Source: Eledone cirrhosa
Lineage: Eukaryota
NCBI GenBank assembly: GCA_964016885.1
Contig: CAXHJY010000226.1
Span: 1 to 64,000, forward strand
Direction: 5' to 3'
DNA length: 64,000 nucleotides
Every line of letters begins with the position of its first letter. Position 1 is the first letter of the stretch. The notes below the pieces were generated by a model that ran no database searches, was not told the DNA's origin, and worked only from the letters and a program-made list of their open reading frames with translations. A program made the translations under genes and the position numbers. This document shows, one piece after another, positions 16,554-31,724 of the stretch.

Positions 16554-17247
16554 ATATTTGTTTATTGAAAAAAACAAAGATTCAATACAATAGGCCTCTT
16601 TGGGAATAGGTTTTGAATTGACCAATAGAGAGATAGTGAGGGTCAGGATAGTAATATAGTAGTAGAAGAACCTTAAATTATGGGTAGAGGAAGGTAGATT
16701 TCAGTTTTGGATGGAAAAGAATATTATGAATGAAGGATTATTTTAGGGAAGGAATAGGTCATATGCTGACCTCATAAATAATTTTATTTGTTCATTGAAT
16801 AAAACCAACAAAGATCTAATATATTCTGTCTGTTTGGTAAGAGGTTTAGAATTAACCAATAGAAAGTTAATAATTGGCCAAATGGTAAAATAGTAGTAAT
16901 TGAAGCTTATTTTAGGGGTGAAAATAGGTCAGGTGGTCAATAAAAGGTATACAAGCAGTTGCTGTTATAAAATAGTAATGCCAGTACAAATATCTAAGGT
17001 GACTAAAGTTTTAAGATAAGAATGTTAGTGAAAAAAATACATCTATGAAAAGAATATAAATTAATTTAATTGATGGGTATATTTATATTGATAAAATTAT
17101 ACTAATACATATAGATATGATAAATAAGAGTTAGATGCAGTTGAAAAGTGCTGTTAAAGATGAGAGGAAATTAAAAGAATATAAAAATAATATATATATA
17201 TATATATACACTTATACATATATATATATATACATATATATAAACAT

Positions 17248-17290
<43 letters not shown>

Positions 17291-17393
17291 CATATATACA
17301 CTTACATATATATACACATACATACTTATACATACACATACACACACACACACATACACACATATATATACACACATATACATACATATACAC

Positions 17394-17424
<31 letters not shown>

Positions 17425-17845
17425 CATAGGTATATACATGCATACATACATACACATATATATACACACACATATACACTTATATATACATATAATTATT
17501 GGGGGGTGGGGGTTAAATTTATTAGTGAGAAATAGTAAATATATATAGTTTTCAAGGAACATAGAGTCATAACCTGAAGTTAAAGCAATATATATGTTTA
17601 CTTAATGGTATCAGTTTTAGGAAATGATATTTGTAAGAAGGAAAGCAAAATTATGTAGTTCATCAGTAGTAGAATATTAATTATAGGTTAACTAAATTAA
17701 AAATAGTATTATATTAATTTCTAAAGTGTATATTAAATAGGTTTATAATTTTTAAAGCAAAATTATGTAGTTCATCAGTAGTAGAATATTAATTATAGGT
17801 TAACTAAATTAAAAATAATATATAAATTAATTTCTAAAGTGTATA

Positions 17846-18410
17846 TTAATTAGGTTTATAATATTTAAAGATTTTTCTCAGTTTATGATTACACGATATT
17901 ATTAATTCCTGTCGCTTATTTAATAGGATATCCTTAGATTTCATTATTTCAAAAAGTTCTTGGGAACATAATCTACATTCATTTCTACTATTTTGATAAG
18001 GGGTGGCCCTTTTGAGCACACTCCAGGTCAGGTCATATTCTATATTCCTCTTTCTATAGCTATTTATTATTTGAGCTAGAGATGTTGTATTAGCTAGTGC
18101 GGCATTTTTAAAACTATGTTTGTGGGTATTAAATCTTACCTTAAATTTGTTAGAGGTAGCTCCTATATATGAATAAATTGAGTCCTTAGTGTTAACTTTA
18201 CATTTATATACTATGATATTAACAAGGCAATTTCCTTTTAATGGACAGTTTGCCTTGTTTCTACAGTTACAACTTTTCGTGAATCCTGTATCTGAGGAGA
18301 TATTATGGTTAGTTTGATGTACTGGTGGTATACTCATATATGCATTATAGGCACTTATATTTTGTTTTATGTTTTTGGTTGTTGAGTAGGAGAATTTAAC
18401 CGTTGATCTA
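17846..18410 (-). pseudogene. Penelope-like GIY-YIG endonuclease domain, 5'-truncated (Neptune-like)
   Basis: [20 protein letters not shown]...YIGAT, RFNTH and CRLC..E...LLNKRQE...CNH motifs. Confidence 0.88.
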
Positions 18411-18418
18411 TTTATACA

Positions 18419-18550
<132 letters not shown>

Positions 18551-18551
18551 C

Positions 18552-18584
<33 letters not shown>

Positions 18585-18623
18585 CATAAAAATATATATA
18601 TATACATATATATATATATAAAT

Positions 18624-18770
<147 letters not shown>

Positions 18771-18892
18771 CATATATATATATATAAAAATTAAAATACT
18801 AGAGTTAAACACGCTCGTCGTATTATAGAAATGACAGTATGAGATATATCTCAATGTAATATAACAGAGCCGAAAATACATATATATATATA

Positions 18893-19528
18893 TATCAAGA
18901 TAAGCAGAACAAGTAAAATTCAACCACTTTTTCAAAATAAATTAAAATTAATATACAATTAAAATTAATCAAAATTAAAAAATATAATATAAATATTTAC
19001 CTATTCAAATGGCCCTAACTGTACAGTTTCACGGTGCAAAACATTAAATATCATGAGGATATTAATGGAAAAGCAACGATCATCAGAGAAGCATTTTCCT
19101 GTCCTAGGGTTAAAAACCCCAGGAACGACAAAATATATGACCTCACTCCAACTAATACAGGTCTGAAAGGTCGTGAAAGTGACCCGTAAATACATTGGTG
19201 TATAGTGAAGGCGGGAAATCGTAGACTAGCCGTCTATGATCGCTACTAAAAAAGATTTTTAGCAACTAAATAGAACGACAAAGATTTATCTCTACACACT
19301 GGAGATTATTGAATAAGGTTAATATATATCTGAGGGTACAATGTACCCCCGGAAATATATAGTGTGTCTATGATTTACGGTGGTTCTATGGTAATAATTT
19401 GATATACCAGAACTTAATATCAAGATAAGCAGAACAAGTAAAATTCAACCAATTTTTCAAAATAAATCAAAATTAATATACAATTAAAATTAATCAAAAT
19501 TAAAAAATATAATATAAATATTTACCTA
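18893..19528 (-). mobile_element. Partial-tandem pLTR-like repeat (~525-bp unit; 110-bp direct repeats at 18893 and 19417) with an HHR-like fold at 19013-19090 (family H)
   Basis: Reverse complement reads ttct-CTGATGA-tcgttgc...gcaccgt-GAAAC-tgtaca-GTT-aggg. Confidence 0.65.
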
Positions 19529-19584
19529 TATATATGTATATACACATATATATATATATATACATATAAATATATATAGATACT

Positions 19585-19615
<31 letters not shown>

Positions 19616-19635
19616 TTACATATAAATATATATAG

Positions 19636-19780
<145 letters not shown>

Positions 19781-19871
19781 CATATATATACATATATATA
19801 TATATATATACATATATATATACATATATATATATATACATATATATATACATATATATATACATATATAT

Positions 19872-21160
19872 AGTATATAAGGGAGAGGATCAGGAGTGTG
19901 TAACACTCCACTTATCCAATAGGCAGTATAAGGTTAGCTCGATGTCTGAGGACAGAGCCGTAATATAATTAACAACAAAGAACGCTTAGAGCATAGGTAT
20001 ATCTTTACTTGCTGACAGTGTTTCGTCCACACTATAAGTGGGACTCATCAGAGCATAAAGAGTGATTACATATTACACAAGCAATAACAAATCCAAGACA
20101 TTGAAGAAATAAAAAATAAACATTGAACAATAAGCATCGAAAAATAAGAGGTGCTATCAGTCACAGTTGGGCAGGGTGCTGTTAACATACAAGCATACAC
20201 ATAAGCATGAGCACCTGCATGCAACCACGCAACAGGCAGCCATATGCAACACATATAGTATAGACTAATACAAATAACATATCATGGACGAGTATGCAAA
20301 AGCTAAGAGATGAATGGTGGATATACAATGGGTAAAAATACAATGGGTAAAAGTAAGATAAACAAAGGATAAAAATAGATTAACCATAGATAAAAAATAT
20401 AGATATACCATAGATGAAAAATAGATTAACCATGGATAAGAGATAGAGAATAGATAAGGAATAGACAAGAATAGATAAGATAGATAGGAGAAGATAAAAA
20501 TAGATGAAAAATAGACAAATAATATATATAAAAAATATAAAAAATATATATAAAATATACAGATAATAGAGATAAAGGGTAAAGAATAAAATAAAATAAA
20601 ATAAAATTATATAAAATAAAATACAATGAAATAAAATAAAATAAAGTAAAGTGAGATAAGATATATATTTTTTGAATATATTTCTTGAATATATCAGGGG
20701 CACACGAACGCCTTAAGTGTTACAGTTATCCATATCACAACAATCAAATGCTCAAATGAGATTTATAATCAACTGGTGCCATGTCCACACTCGATTGAGT
20801 TGACCATTGCAATGGAGACATCCCAGGTTGGGCAGTCACATAAGTTCACACTCGAAAGTCACGGGTGTGCATTCACACAGTTGAGCGGTGGGGCAATCAC
20901 AAAAGGTTCACACTCGGGCGGGAATCCATTGGTCAACAGAGGTATATCCACATCACTAGCAAGGACGTATGCAAGGAAGGTAGGTAAATTCACATGCAGC
21001 AGCAGGAACATCCATGGGCAGATAACTGAGTGTCACGAAGTCACAAGGTAGCAAGCAAAATCGTTTACATCAACATGAACATCAAGAGGCAGATAAGTGG
21101 GCCGAAAGCAAGCAAGTGCAGGTGGGGAAGAGATGCATGTCCACACGTGTAGTCGCCCGA
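19872..21160 (-). mobile_element. HHR-bearing pLTR-like element (family E) with an unassigned upstream segment
   Basis: Homologous, inverted, to 50120-50862; HHR at 20003-20060. Confidence 0.7.
20003..20060 (-). ncRNA. Minimal type I hammerhead (family E)
   Basis: ctttatgct-CTGATGA-gtcc(cacttatagtgt)ggac-GAAAC-act-GTC-agca-agtaaag. Confidence 0.85.
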
Positions 21161-21185
21161 TATATGTATATACATATATATATAC

Positions 21186-21246
<61 letters not shown>

Positions 21247-21425
21247 CACATATATATATATACACACATATATATATATACATATATATATATATACATA
21301 TATATATATACATCTATATATACATATATATATATAAATATATATATATATACATATACACATATATATATATACATATATATATACATATATATATATA
21401 CACACATATATATAAATATATATAT

Positions 21426-23261
21426 ATAAAAACAAATAACGAAACGAAATTAAATTTTGTTTCATTTGTAACTCACTTTTGTATGACTGACGCTTAAACA
21501 ATTAAGTTAAAGATGTACATCCATATATGTATACTGAAATACTAGTATGTATATGAATACACACACGTATACATATGTAGATGTACCAAGTTTTTTCACT
21601 GGTCACTTTACTGTGAGTGGCCAGCTATTCTGTATGTAAACACACAGACAAACCGGTTTTTAGAGTCATACTGGTTTTTGAGGAAACACCTTTCCTCTAT
21701 TCTCCAGAAAGCCAGACAAGGAATATTGAACTAGTTTCGTTGTTGTTACAACTCATCAGCAATATTTACCTATCTTCCGGCCTCTCTAGAGAATCGTAAA
21801 AGCACATATCGTTATATGCTTTTTCTATGAAAATTAGTAGTGGGCATACTAATTTGCATAGAGTGTGAGTAAGTACCGGTTCAACGGAGACGATAAAAAC
21901 AAATAACGAAACGAAATTAAATTTTGTTTCATTTGTAACTCACTTTTGTATGACTGACGCTTAAACAATTAAGTTAAAGATGTACATCCATATATGTATA
22001 CTGAAATACTAGTATGTATATGAATACACACACGTATACATATGTAGATGTACCAAGTTTTTTCACTGGTCACTTTACTGTGAGTGGCCAGCTATTCTGT
22101 ATGTAAACACACAGACAAACCGGTTTTTAGAGTCATACTGGTTTTTGAGGAAACACCTTTCCTCTATTCTCCAGAAAGCCAGACAAGGAATATTGAACTA
22201 GTTTCGTTGTTGTTACAACTCATCAGCAATATTTACCTATCTTCCGGCCTCTCTAGAGAATCGTAAAAGCACATATCGTTATATGCTTTTTCTATGAAAA
22301 TTAGTAGTGGGCATACTAATTTGCATAGAGTGTGAGTAAGTACCGGTTCAACGGAGACGATAAAAACAAATAACGAAACGAAATTAAATTTTGTTTCATT
22401 TGTAACTCACTTTTGTATGACTGACGCTTAAACAATTAAGTTAAAGATGTACATCCATATATGTATACTGAAATACTAGTATGTATATGAATACACACAC
22501 GTATACATATGTAGATGTACCAAGTTTTTTCACTGGTCACTTTACTGTGAGTGGCCAGCTATTCTGTATGTAAACACACAGACAAACCGGTTTTTAGAGT
22601 CATACTGGTTTTTGAGGAAACACCTTTCCTCTATTCTCCAGAAAGCCAGACAAGGAATATTGAACTAGTTTCGTTGTTGTTACAACTCATCAGCAATATT
22701 TACCTATCTTCCGGCCTCTCTAGAGAATCGTAAAAGCACATATCGTTATATGCTTTTTCTATGAAAATTAGTAGTGGGCATACTAATTTGCATAGAGTGT
22801 GAGTAAGTACCGGTTCAACGGAGACGATAAAAACAAATAACGAAACGAAATTAAATTTTGTTTCATTTGTAACTCACTTTTGTATGACTGACGCTTAAAC
22901 AATTAAGTTAAAGATGTACATCCATATATGTATACTGAAATACTAGTATGTATATGAATACACACACGTATACATATGTAGATGTACCAAGTTTTTTCAC
23001 TGGTCACTTTACTGTGAGTGGCCAGCTATTCTGTATGTAAACACACAGACAAACCGGTTTTTAGAGTCATACTGGTTTTTGAGGAAACACCTTTCCTCTA
23101 TTCTCCAGAAAGCCAGACAAGGAATATTGAACTAGTTTCGTTGTTGTTACAACTCATCAGCAATATTTACCTATCTTCCGGCCTCTCTAGAGAATCGTAA
23201 AAGCACATATCGTTATATGCTTTTTCTATGAAAATTAGTAGTGGGCATACTAATTTGCATA
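21426..23261 (-). repeat. 467-bp HHR satellite, left arm (3.9 units; HHRs at 21722, 22189, 22656, 23123)
   Basis: Exact 467-bp period, also visible in the ORF track; HHR on the minus strand. Confidence 0.95.
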
Positions 23262-26200
23262 CTCAAAAACCAGTATGACTCTAAAAACCGGTTTGTCTGT
23301 GTGTTTACATACAGAATAGCTGGCCACTCACAGTAAAGTGACCAGTGAAAAAACTTGGTACATCTACATATGTATACGTGTGTGTATTCATATACATACT
23401 AGTATTTCAGTATACATATATGGATGTACATCTTTAACTTAATTGTTTAAGCGTCAGTCATACAAAAGTGAGTTACAAATGAAACAAAATTTAATTTCGT
23501 TTCGTTATTTGTTTTTATCGTCTCCGTTGAACCGGTACTTACTCACACTCTATGCAAATTAGTATGCCCACTACTAATTTTCATAGAAAAAGCATATAAC
23601 GATATGTGCTTTTACGATTCTCTAGAGAGGCCGGAAGATAGGTAAATATTGCTGATGAGTTGTAACAACAACGAAACTAGTTCAATATTCCTTGTCTGGC
23701 TTTCTGGAGAATAGAGGAAAGGTGTTTCCTCAAAAACCAGTATGACTCTAAAAACCGGTTTGTCTGTGTGTTTACATACAGAATAGCTGGCCACTCACAG
23801 TAAAGTGACCAGTGAAAAAACTTGGTACATCTACATATGTATACGTGTGTGTATTCATATACATACTAGTATTTCAGTATACATATATGGATGTACATCT
23901 TTAACTTAATTGTTTAAGCGTCAGTCATACAAAAGTGAGTTACAAATGAAACAAAATTTAATTTCGTTTCGTTATTTGTTTTTATCGTCTCCGTTGAACC
24001 GGTACTTACTCACACTCTATGCAAATTAGTATGCCCACTACTAATTTTCATAGAAAAAGCATATAACGATATGTGCTTTTACGATTCTCTAGAGAGGCCG
24101 GAAGATAGGTAAATATTGCTGATGAGTTGTAACAACAACGAAACTAGTTCAATATTCCTTGTCTGGCTTTCTGGAGAATAGAGGAAAGGTGTTTCCTCAA
24201 AAACCAGTATGACTCTAAAAACCGGTTTGTCTGTGTGTTTACATACAGAATAGCTGGCCACTCACAGTAAAGTGACCAGTGAAAAAACTTGGTACATCTA
24301 CATATGTATACGTGTGTGTATTCATATACATACTAGTATTTCAGTATACATATATGGATGTACATCTTTAACTTAATTGTTTAAGCGTCAGTCATACAAA
24401 AGTGAGTTACAAATGAAACAAAATTTAATTTCGTTTCGTTATTTGTTTTTATCGTCTCCGTTGAACCGGTACTTACTCACACTCTATGCAAATTAGTATG
24501 CCCACTACTAATTTTCATAGAAAAAGCATATAACGATATGTGCTTTTACGATTCTCTAGAGAGGCCGGAAGATAGGTAAATATTGCTGATGAGTTGTAAC
24601 AACAACGAAACTAGTTCAATATTCCTTGTCTGGCTTTCTGGAGAATAGAGGAAAGGTGTTTCCTCAAAAACCAGTATGACTCTAAAAACCGGTTTGTCTG
24701 TGTGTTTACATACAGAATAGCTGGCCACTCACAGTAAAGTGACCAGTGAAAAAACTTGGTACATCTACATATGTATACGTGTGTGTATTCATATACATAC
24801 TAGTATTTCAGTATACATATATGGATGTACATCTTTAACTTAATTGTTTAAGCGTCAGTCATACAAAAGTGAGTTACAAATGAAACAAAATTTAATTTCG
24901 TTTCGTTATTTGTTTTTATCGTCTCCGTTGAACCGGTACTTACTCACACTCTATGCAAATTAGTATGCCCACTACTAATTTTCATAGAAAAAGCATATAA
25001 CGATATGTGCTTTTACGATTCTCTAGAGAGGCCGGAAGATAGGTAAATATTGCTGATGAGTTGTAACAACAACGAAACTAGTTCAATATTCCTTGTCTGG
25101 CTTTCTGGAGAATAGAGGAAAGGTGTTTCCTCAAAAACCAGTATGACTCTAAAAACCGGTTTGTCTGTGTGTTTACATACAGAATAGCTGGCCACTCACA
25201 GTAAAGTGACCAGTGAAAAAACTTGGTACATCTACATATGTATACGTGTGTGTATTCATATACATACTAGTATTTCAGTATACATATATGGATGTACATC
25301 TTTAACTTAATTGTTTAAGCGTCAGTCATACAAAAGTGAGTTACAAATGAAACAAAATTTAATTTCGTTTCGTTATTTGTTTTTATCGTCTCCGTTGAAC
25401 CGGTACTTACTCACACTCTATGCAAATTAGTATGCCCACTACTAATTTTCATAGAAAAAGCATATAACGATATGTGCTTTTACGATTCTCTAGAGAGGCC
25501 GGAAGATAGGTAAATATTGCTGATGAGTTGTAACAACAACGAAACTAGTTCAATATTCCTTGTCTGGCTTTCTGGAGAATAGAGGAAAGGTGTTTCCTCA
25601 AAAACCAGTATGACTCTAAAAACCGGTTTGTCTGTGTGTTTACATACAGAATAGCTGGCCACTCACAGTAAAGTGACCAGTGAAAAAACTTGGTACATCT
25701 ACATATGTATACGTGTGTGTATTCATATACATACTAGTATTTCAGTATACATATATGGATGTACATCTTTAACTTAATTGTTTAAGCGTCAGTCATACAA
25801 AAGTGAGTTACAAATGAAACAAAATTTAATTTCGTTTCGTTATTTGTTTTTATCGTCTCCGTTGAACCGGTACTTACTCACACTCTATGCAAATTAGTAT
25901 GCCCACTACTAATTTTCATAGAAAAAGCATATAACGATATGTGCTTTTACGATTCTCTAGAGAGGCCGGAAGATAGGTAAATATTGCTGATGAGTTGTAA
26001 CAACAACGAAACTAGTTCAATATTCCTTGTCTGGCTTTCTGGAGAATAGAGGAAAGGTGTTTCCTCAAAAACCAGTATGACTCTAAAAACCGGTTTGTCT
26101 GTGTGTTTACATACAGAATAGCTGGCCACTCACAGTAAAGTGACCAGTGAAAAAACTTGGTACATCTACATATGTATACGTGTGTGTATTCATATACATA

Positions 26201-28116
26201 CTAGTATTTCAGTATACATATATGGATGTACATCTTTAACTTAATTGTTTAAGCGTCAGTCATACAAAAGTGAGTTACAAATGAAACAAAATTTAATTTC
26301 GTTTCGTTATTTGTTTTTATCGTCTCCGTTGAACCGGTACTTACTCACACTCTATGCAAATTAGTATGCCCACTACTAATTTTCATAGAAAAAGCATATA
26401 ACGATATGTGCTTTTACGATTCTCTAGAGAGGCCGGAAGATAGGTAAATATTGCTGATGAGTTGTAACAACAACGAAACTAGTTCAATATTCCTTGTCTG
26501 GCTTTCTGGAGAATAGAGGAAAGGTGTTTCCTCAAAAACCAGTATGACTCTAAAAACCGGTTTGTCTGTGTGTTTACATACAGAATAGCTGGCCACTCAC
26601 AGTAAAGTGACCAGTGAAAAAACTTGGTACATCTACATATGTATACGTGTGTGTATTCATATACATACTAGTATTTCAGTATACATATATGGATGTACAT
26701 CTTTAACTTAATTGTTTAAGCGTCAGTCATACAAAAGTGAGTTACAAATGAAACAAAATTTAATTTCGTTTCGTTATTTGTTTTTATCGTCTCCGTTGAA
26801 CCGGTACTTACTCACACTCTATGCAAATTAGTATGCCCACTACTAATTTTCATAGAAAAAGCATATAACGATATGTGCTTTTACGATTCTCTAGAGAGGC
26901 CGGAAGATAGGTAAATATTGCTGATGAGTTGTAACAACAACGAAACTAGTTCAATATTCCTTGTCTGGCTTTCTGGAGAATAGAGGAAAGGTGTTTCCTC
27001 AAAAACCAGTATGACTCTAAAAACCGGTTTGTCTGTGTGTTTACATACAGAATAGCTGGCCACTCACAGTAAAGTGACCAGTGAAAAAACTTGGTACATC
27101 TACATATGTATACGTGTGTGTATTCATATACATACTAGTATTTCAGTATACATATATGGATGTACATCTTTAACTTAATTGTTTAAGCGTCAGTCATACA
27201 AAAGTGAGTTACAAATGAAACAAAATTTAATTTCGTTTCGTTATTTGTTTTTATCGTCTCCGTTGAACCGGTACTTACTCACACTCTATGCAAATTAGTA
27301 TGCCCACTACTAATTTTCATAGAAAAAGCATATAACGATATGTGCTTTTACGATTCTCTAGAGAGGCCGGAAGATAGGTAAATATTGCTGATGAGTTGTA
27401 ACAACAACGAAACTAGTTCAATATTCCTTGTCTGGCTTTCTGGAGAATAGAGGAAAGGTGTTTCCTCAAAAACCAGTATGACTCTAAAAACCGGTTTGTC
27501 TGTGTGTTTACATACAGAATAGCTGGCCACTCACAGTAAAGTGACCAGTGAAAAAACTTGGTACATCTACATATGTATACGTGTGTGTATTCATATACAT
27601 ACTAGTATTTCAGTATACATATATGGATGTACATCTTTAACTTAATTGTTTAAGCGTCAGTCATACAAAAGTGAGTTACAAATGAAACAAAATTTAATTT
27701 CGTTTCGTTATTTGTTTTTATCGTCTCCGTTGAACCGGTACTTACTCACACTCTATGCAAATTAGTATGCCCACTACTAATTTTCATAGAAAAAGCATAT
27801 AACGATATGTGCTTTTACGATTCTCTAGAGAGGCCGGAAGATAGGTAAATATTGCTGATGAGTTGTAACAACAACGAAACTAGTTCAATATTCCTTGTCT
27901 GGCTTTCTGGAGAATAGAGGAAAGGTGTTTCCTCAAAAACCAGTATGACTCTAAAAACCGGTTTGTCTGTGTGTTTACATACAGAATAGCTGGCCACTCA
28001 CAGTAAAGTGACCAGTGAAAAAACTTGGTACATCTACATATGTATACGTGTGTGTATTCATATACATACTAGTATTTCAGTATACATATATGGATGTACA
28101 TCTTTAACTTAATTGT
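23262..28116 (+). repeat. 467-bp HHR satellite, right arm (10.4 units; HHRs at 23645+467n, n=0-9)
   Basis: Reverse complement of the left-arm unit with a 467-bp period. Confidence 0.95.
23645..23689 (+). ncRNA. Minimal type I hammerhead (family B, representative of 14 copies)
   Basis: aatattg-CTGATGA-gttg(taacaa)caac-GAAAC-ta-GTT-caatatt; stem III is the palindrome aactagtt. Confidence 0.88.
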
Positions 28117-28154
28117 ATATATATATATATATATATATACATATATATATGTAC

Positions 28155-28185
<31 letters not shown>

Positions 28186-28404
28186 TACATATATATATAT
28201 ATATACATACATATATATATATATACATATATATATATATGTATATACATATATATATATACATATATACATATATATATATACATATATATACAAATAT
28301 ATATACATATACATATATATATATATATATATACATATATATATACATATATATACACATATCTAAATATATATACATATATATAAATATATATATATAC
28401 ACAC

Positions 28405-28435
<31 letters not shown>

Positions 28436-28461
28436 CATTTATATATATATATATATATACA

Positions 28462-28661
28462 TAAAATATTAAACAAATAATGAACAAACAATTCCTTATA
28501 TTAAACAAAAAAAGTTCACTATTTAACGATCGTTTCTAGGGCATATATGTGTTATAATTGGTATGCATATTTAACAGATCTATGTACAAAATTATACAAA
28601 ATTATACAAATTATCAAGATTAAATATACATACCTAACTCATATATACGCCGTCTTCAGAT
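28462..28661 (-). mobile_element. Family D pLTR 3' fragment with HHR core
   Basis: Homologous to 16362-16550; CTGAAGA...GAAACGATCGTT. Confidence 0.65.
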
Positions 28662-28734
28662 ACATATATATATATATACACTTATATATATATACACATA
28701 TATATATATATACATATATATATATACGTACATA

Positions 28735-28770
<36 letters not shown>

Positions 28771-28918
28771 CATATTTATATATATAAATATATACACATA
28801 TATATATATACATATATACATATATATATACATATATATATACATATATATATATACATATATATATATACATATATATAATATATATATATATATACAC
28901 ATATATGTATATATATAC

Positions 28919-28951
<33 letters not shown>

Positions 28952-29055
28952 CATAAAAATATATATATATACATATATATATATATAAATATATATATAT
29001 ATAAATATATATATATATACATATATACATATATATATATGTATATATATATATG

Positions 29056-29123
<68 letters not shown>

Positions 29124-29172
29124 CATAAATATATATACACATATATATATACACATATATATACATATATAT

Positions 29173-29269
<97 letters not shown>

Positions 29270-29306
29270 TATATACATATATATATATATATACATATAT
29301 ATATAC

Positions 29307-29393
<87 letters not shown>

Positions 29394-29418
29394 CATATAT
29401 ATAAATACATATATATAC

Positions 29419-29507
<89 letters not shown>

Positions 29508-29543
29508 CATATATATAAATATATATATATACATATACACATA

Positions 29544-29577
<34 letters not shown>

Positions 29578-29586
29578 CATATATAT

Positions 29587-29655
<69 letters not shown>

Positions 29656-29720
29656 TATATGTACATATATATATATATGTATATATATACATATATACAT
29701 ATATATATATATATACATAC

Positions 29721-29752
<32 letters not shown>

Positions 29753-29772
29753 GTATATACATATATATATAT

Positions 29773-29821
<49 letters not shown>

Positions 29822-29899
29822 CATATATATATATACACACATATATATATATATACATATATATAATATATATATATATATACACATATATATATATAC

Positions 29900-29932
<33 letters not shown>

Positions 29933-30051
29933 CATAAAAATATATATATATACATATATATATATATAAATATATATATATATAAATATATATATATATA
30001 CATATATACATATATACATATATATATATATACATAAATATATATATATAC

Positions 30052-30110
<59 letters not shown>

Positions 30111-30217
30111 CATATATATATATATAAAAATTAAAATATTAGAGTTAAACACTCGTCGTATTATAGAAATGACAGTATAAGATATAGCTCAATGTAATAT
30201 AACACAGCCGAAAATAC

Positions 30218-30268
<51 letters not shown>

Positions 30269-30289
30269 CATATAAATATATATAGATAC

Positions 30290-30324
<35 letters not shown>

Positions 30325-30340
30325 CATATAAATATATATT

Positions 30341-30688
30341 GATATTGTTATACTTTGGGAGGGTCATGTTGCCAATAAGAAACACACACAGAAACAAAAT
30401 GGCGTAGGATAGAAGAAAGGAAAGGCACAGAAACAAAGAAAGGAATCCCCAGTCACTGAAGAGGTCACAGAGTGTGTGACGAAAGGACTATGACTATATA
30501 TAAACAACTATCTGGTTGTGGAACCAACCAACCAACCAGAAATTTATAGGTTTGTAAATTTATAAATTTATAAATATATAATAAATTGAAGTGAAATCAA
30601 CTGGTGCGTGTGTTTCTTATTGGCAACATGACCCTCCCAAAGTATAACAATATCGGTTTCAACACACGATTTCAATTAAAGAATCTTA
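30341..30688 (+). mobile_element. ~345-bp mini element (family F): 47-bp inverted repeats, 3' tail and internal HHR at 30451-30495; further copies at 32390, 40347, 42633, 44937, 48524 and 52768
   Basis: gatattgttatactttgggagggtcatgttgccaataagaaacacac at 30341 with its reverse complement at 30608-30654; agtca-CTGAAGA-g-gtcaca(gagtg)tgtgac-GAAA-ggac-TA-tgact. Confidence 0.8.
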
Positions 30689-30727
30689 TATAGATACATA
30701 TATATATATACATATATATATTTATAC

Positions 30728-30784
<57 letters not shown>

Positions 30785-30797
30785 CATATATATATAC

Positions 30798-30862
<65 letters not shown>

Positions 30863-30863
30863 C

Positions 30864-30896
<33 letters not shown>

Positions 30897-30909
30897 CATA
30901 TATATATAC

Positions 30910-30940
<31 letters not shown>

Positions 30941-30941
30941 C

Positions 30942-30974
<33 letters not shown>

Positions 30975-30997
30975 AACATATATATATATATACACAC

Positions 30998-31043
<46 letters not shown>

Positions 31044-31413
31044 GTATATACATATATATATATACATATATATATATACATATATATACAAATATATATA
31101 CATATACATATATATATATACATATATATATATACATATATATATATATACATATATATATATACATATATATATATACACATATATATATATATATACA
31201 TATATATACATATATATATATAAATATATACATATATATATATACATATATATATATACACATATATATATATATATACATATATATACATATATATATA
31301 AATATATACATATATATATATATACATATATACATATATATATACATATATATATATATATACATATATATATACATATATATATATACATATATATATA
31401 CATATATATATAC

Positions 31414-31446
<33 letters not shown>

Positions 31447-31453
31447 AATATAC

Positions 31454-31492
<39 letters not shown>

Positions 31493-31505
31493 CATATATA
31501 TATAC

Positions 31506-31538
<33 letters not shown>

Positions 31539-31571
31539 CATATATATAAATATATATATATACATATACAC

Positions 31572-31604
<33 letters not shown>

Positions 31605-31623
31605 CATATATATACATATATAT

Positions 31624-31684
<61 letters not shown>

Positions 31685-31690
31685 TATATG

Positions 31691-31724
<34 letters not shown>

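Larger units (their letters stand above)
16362..18410 (-). mobile_element. 5'-truncated Penelope-like element (GIY-YIG end plus 3' pLTR, family D)
   Basis: Coding remnant followed on the same strand by an AT-rich region ending in an HHR-like fold. Confidence 0.8.

Noticed and set aside
17643-17870. CTGATGA on the minus strand within a ~112-bp tandem duplication
   Set aside because: No stem II, GAAA or stem I partner was found; it is a local duplication at the end of the PLE ORF.
21617-27997. Repeated 60-aa ORF (MASYSVCK...)
   Set aside because: It has a GTG start, lies antisense to the HHR and is frameshifted in the diverged copy at 11079-11300.
21426-28116. CRISPR-like array
   Set aside because: The units are identical 467-mers without unique spacers, there are no cas genes and the context is eukaryotic.
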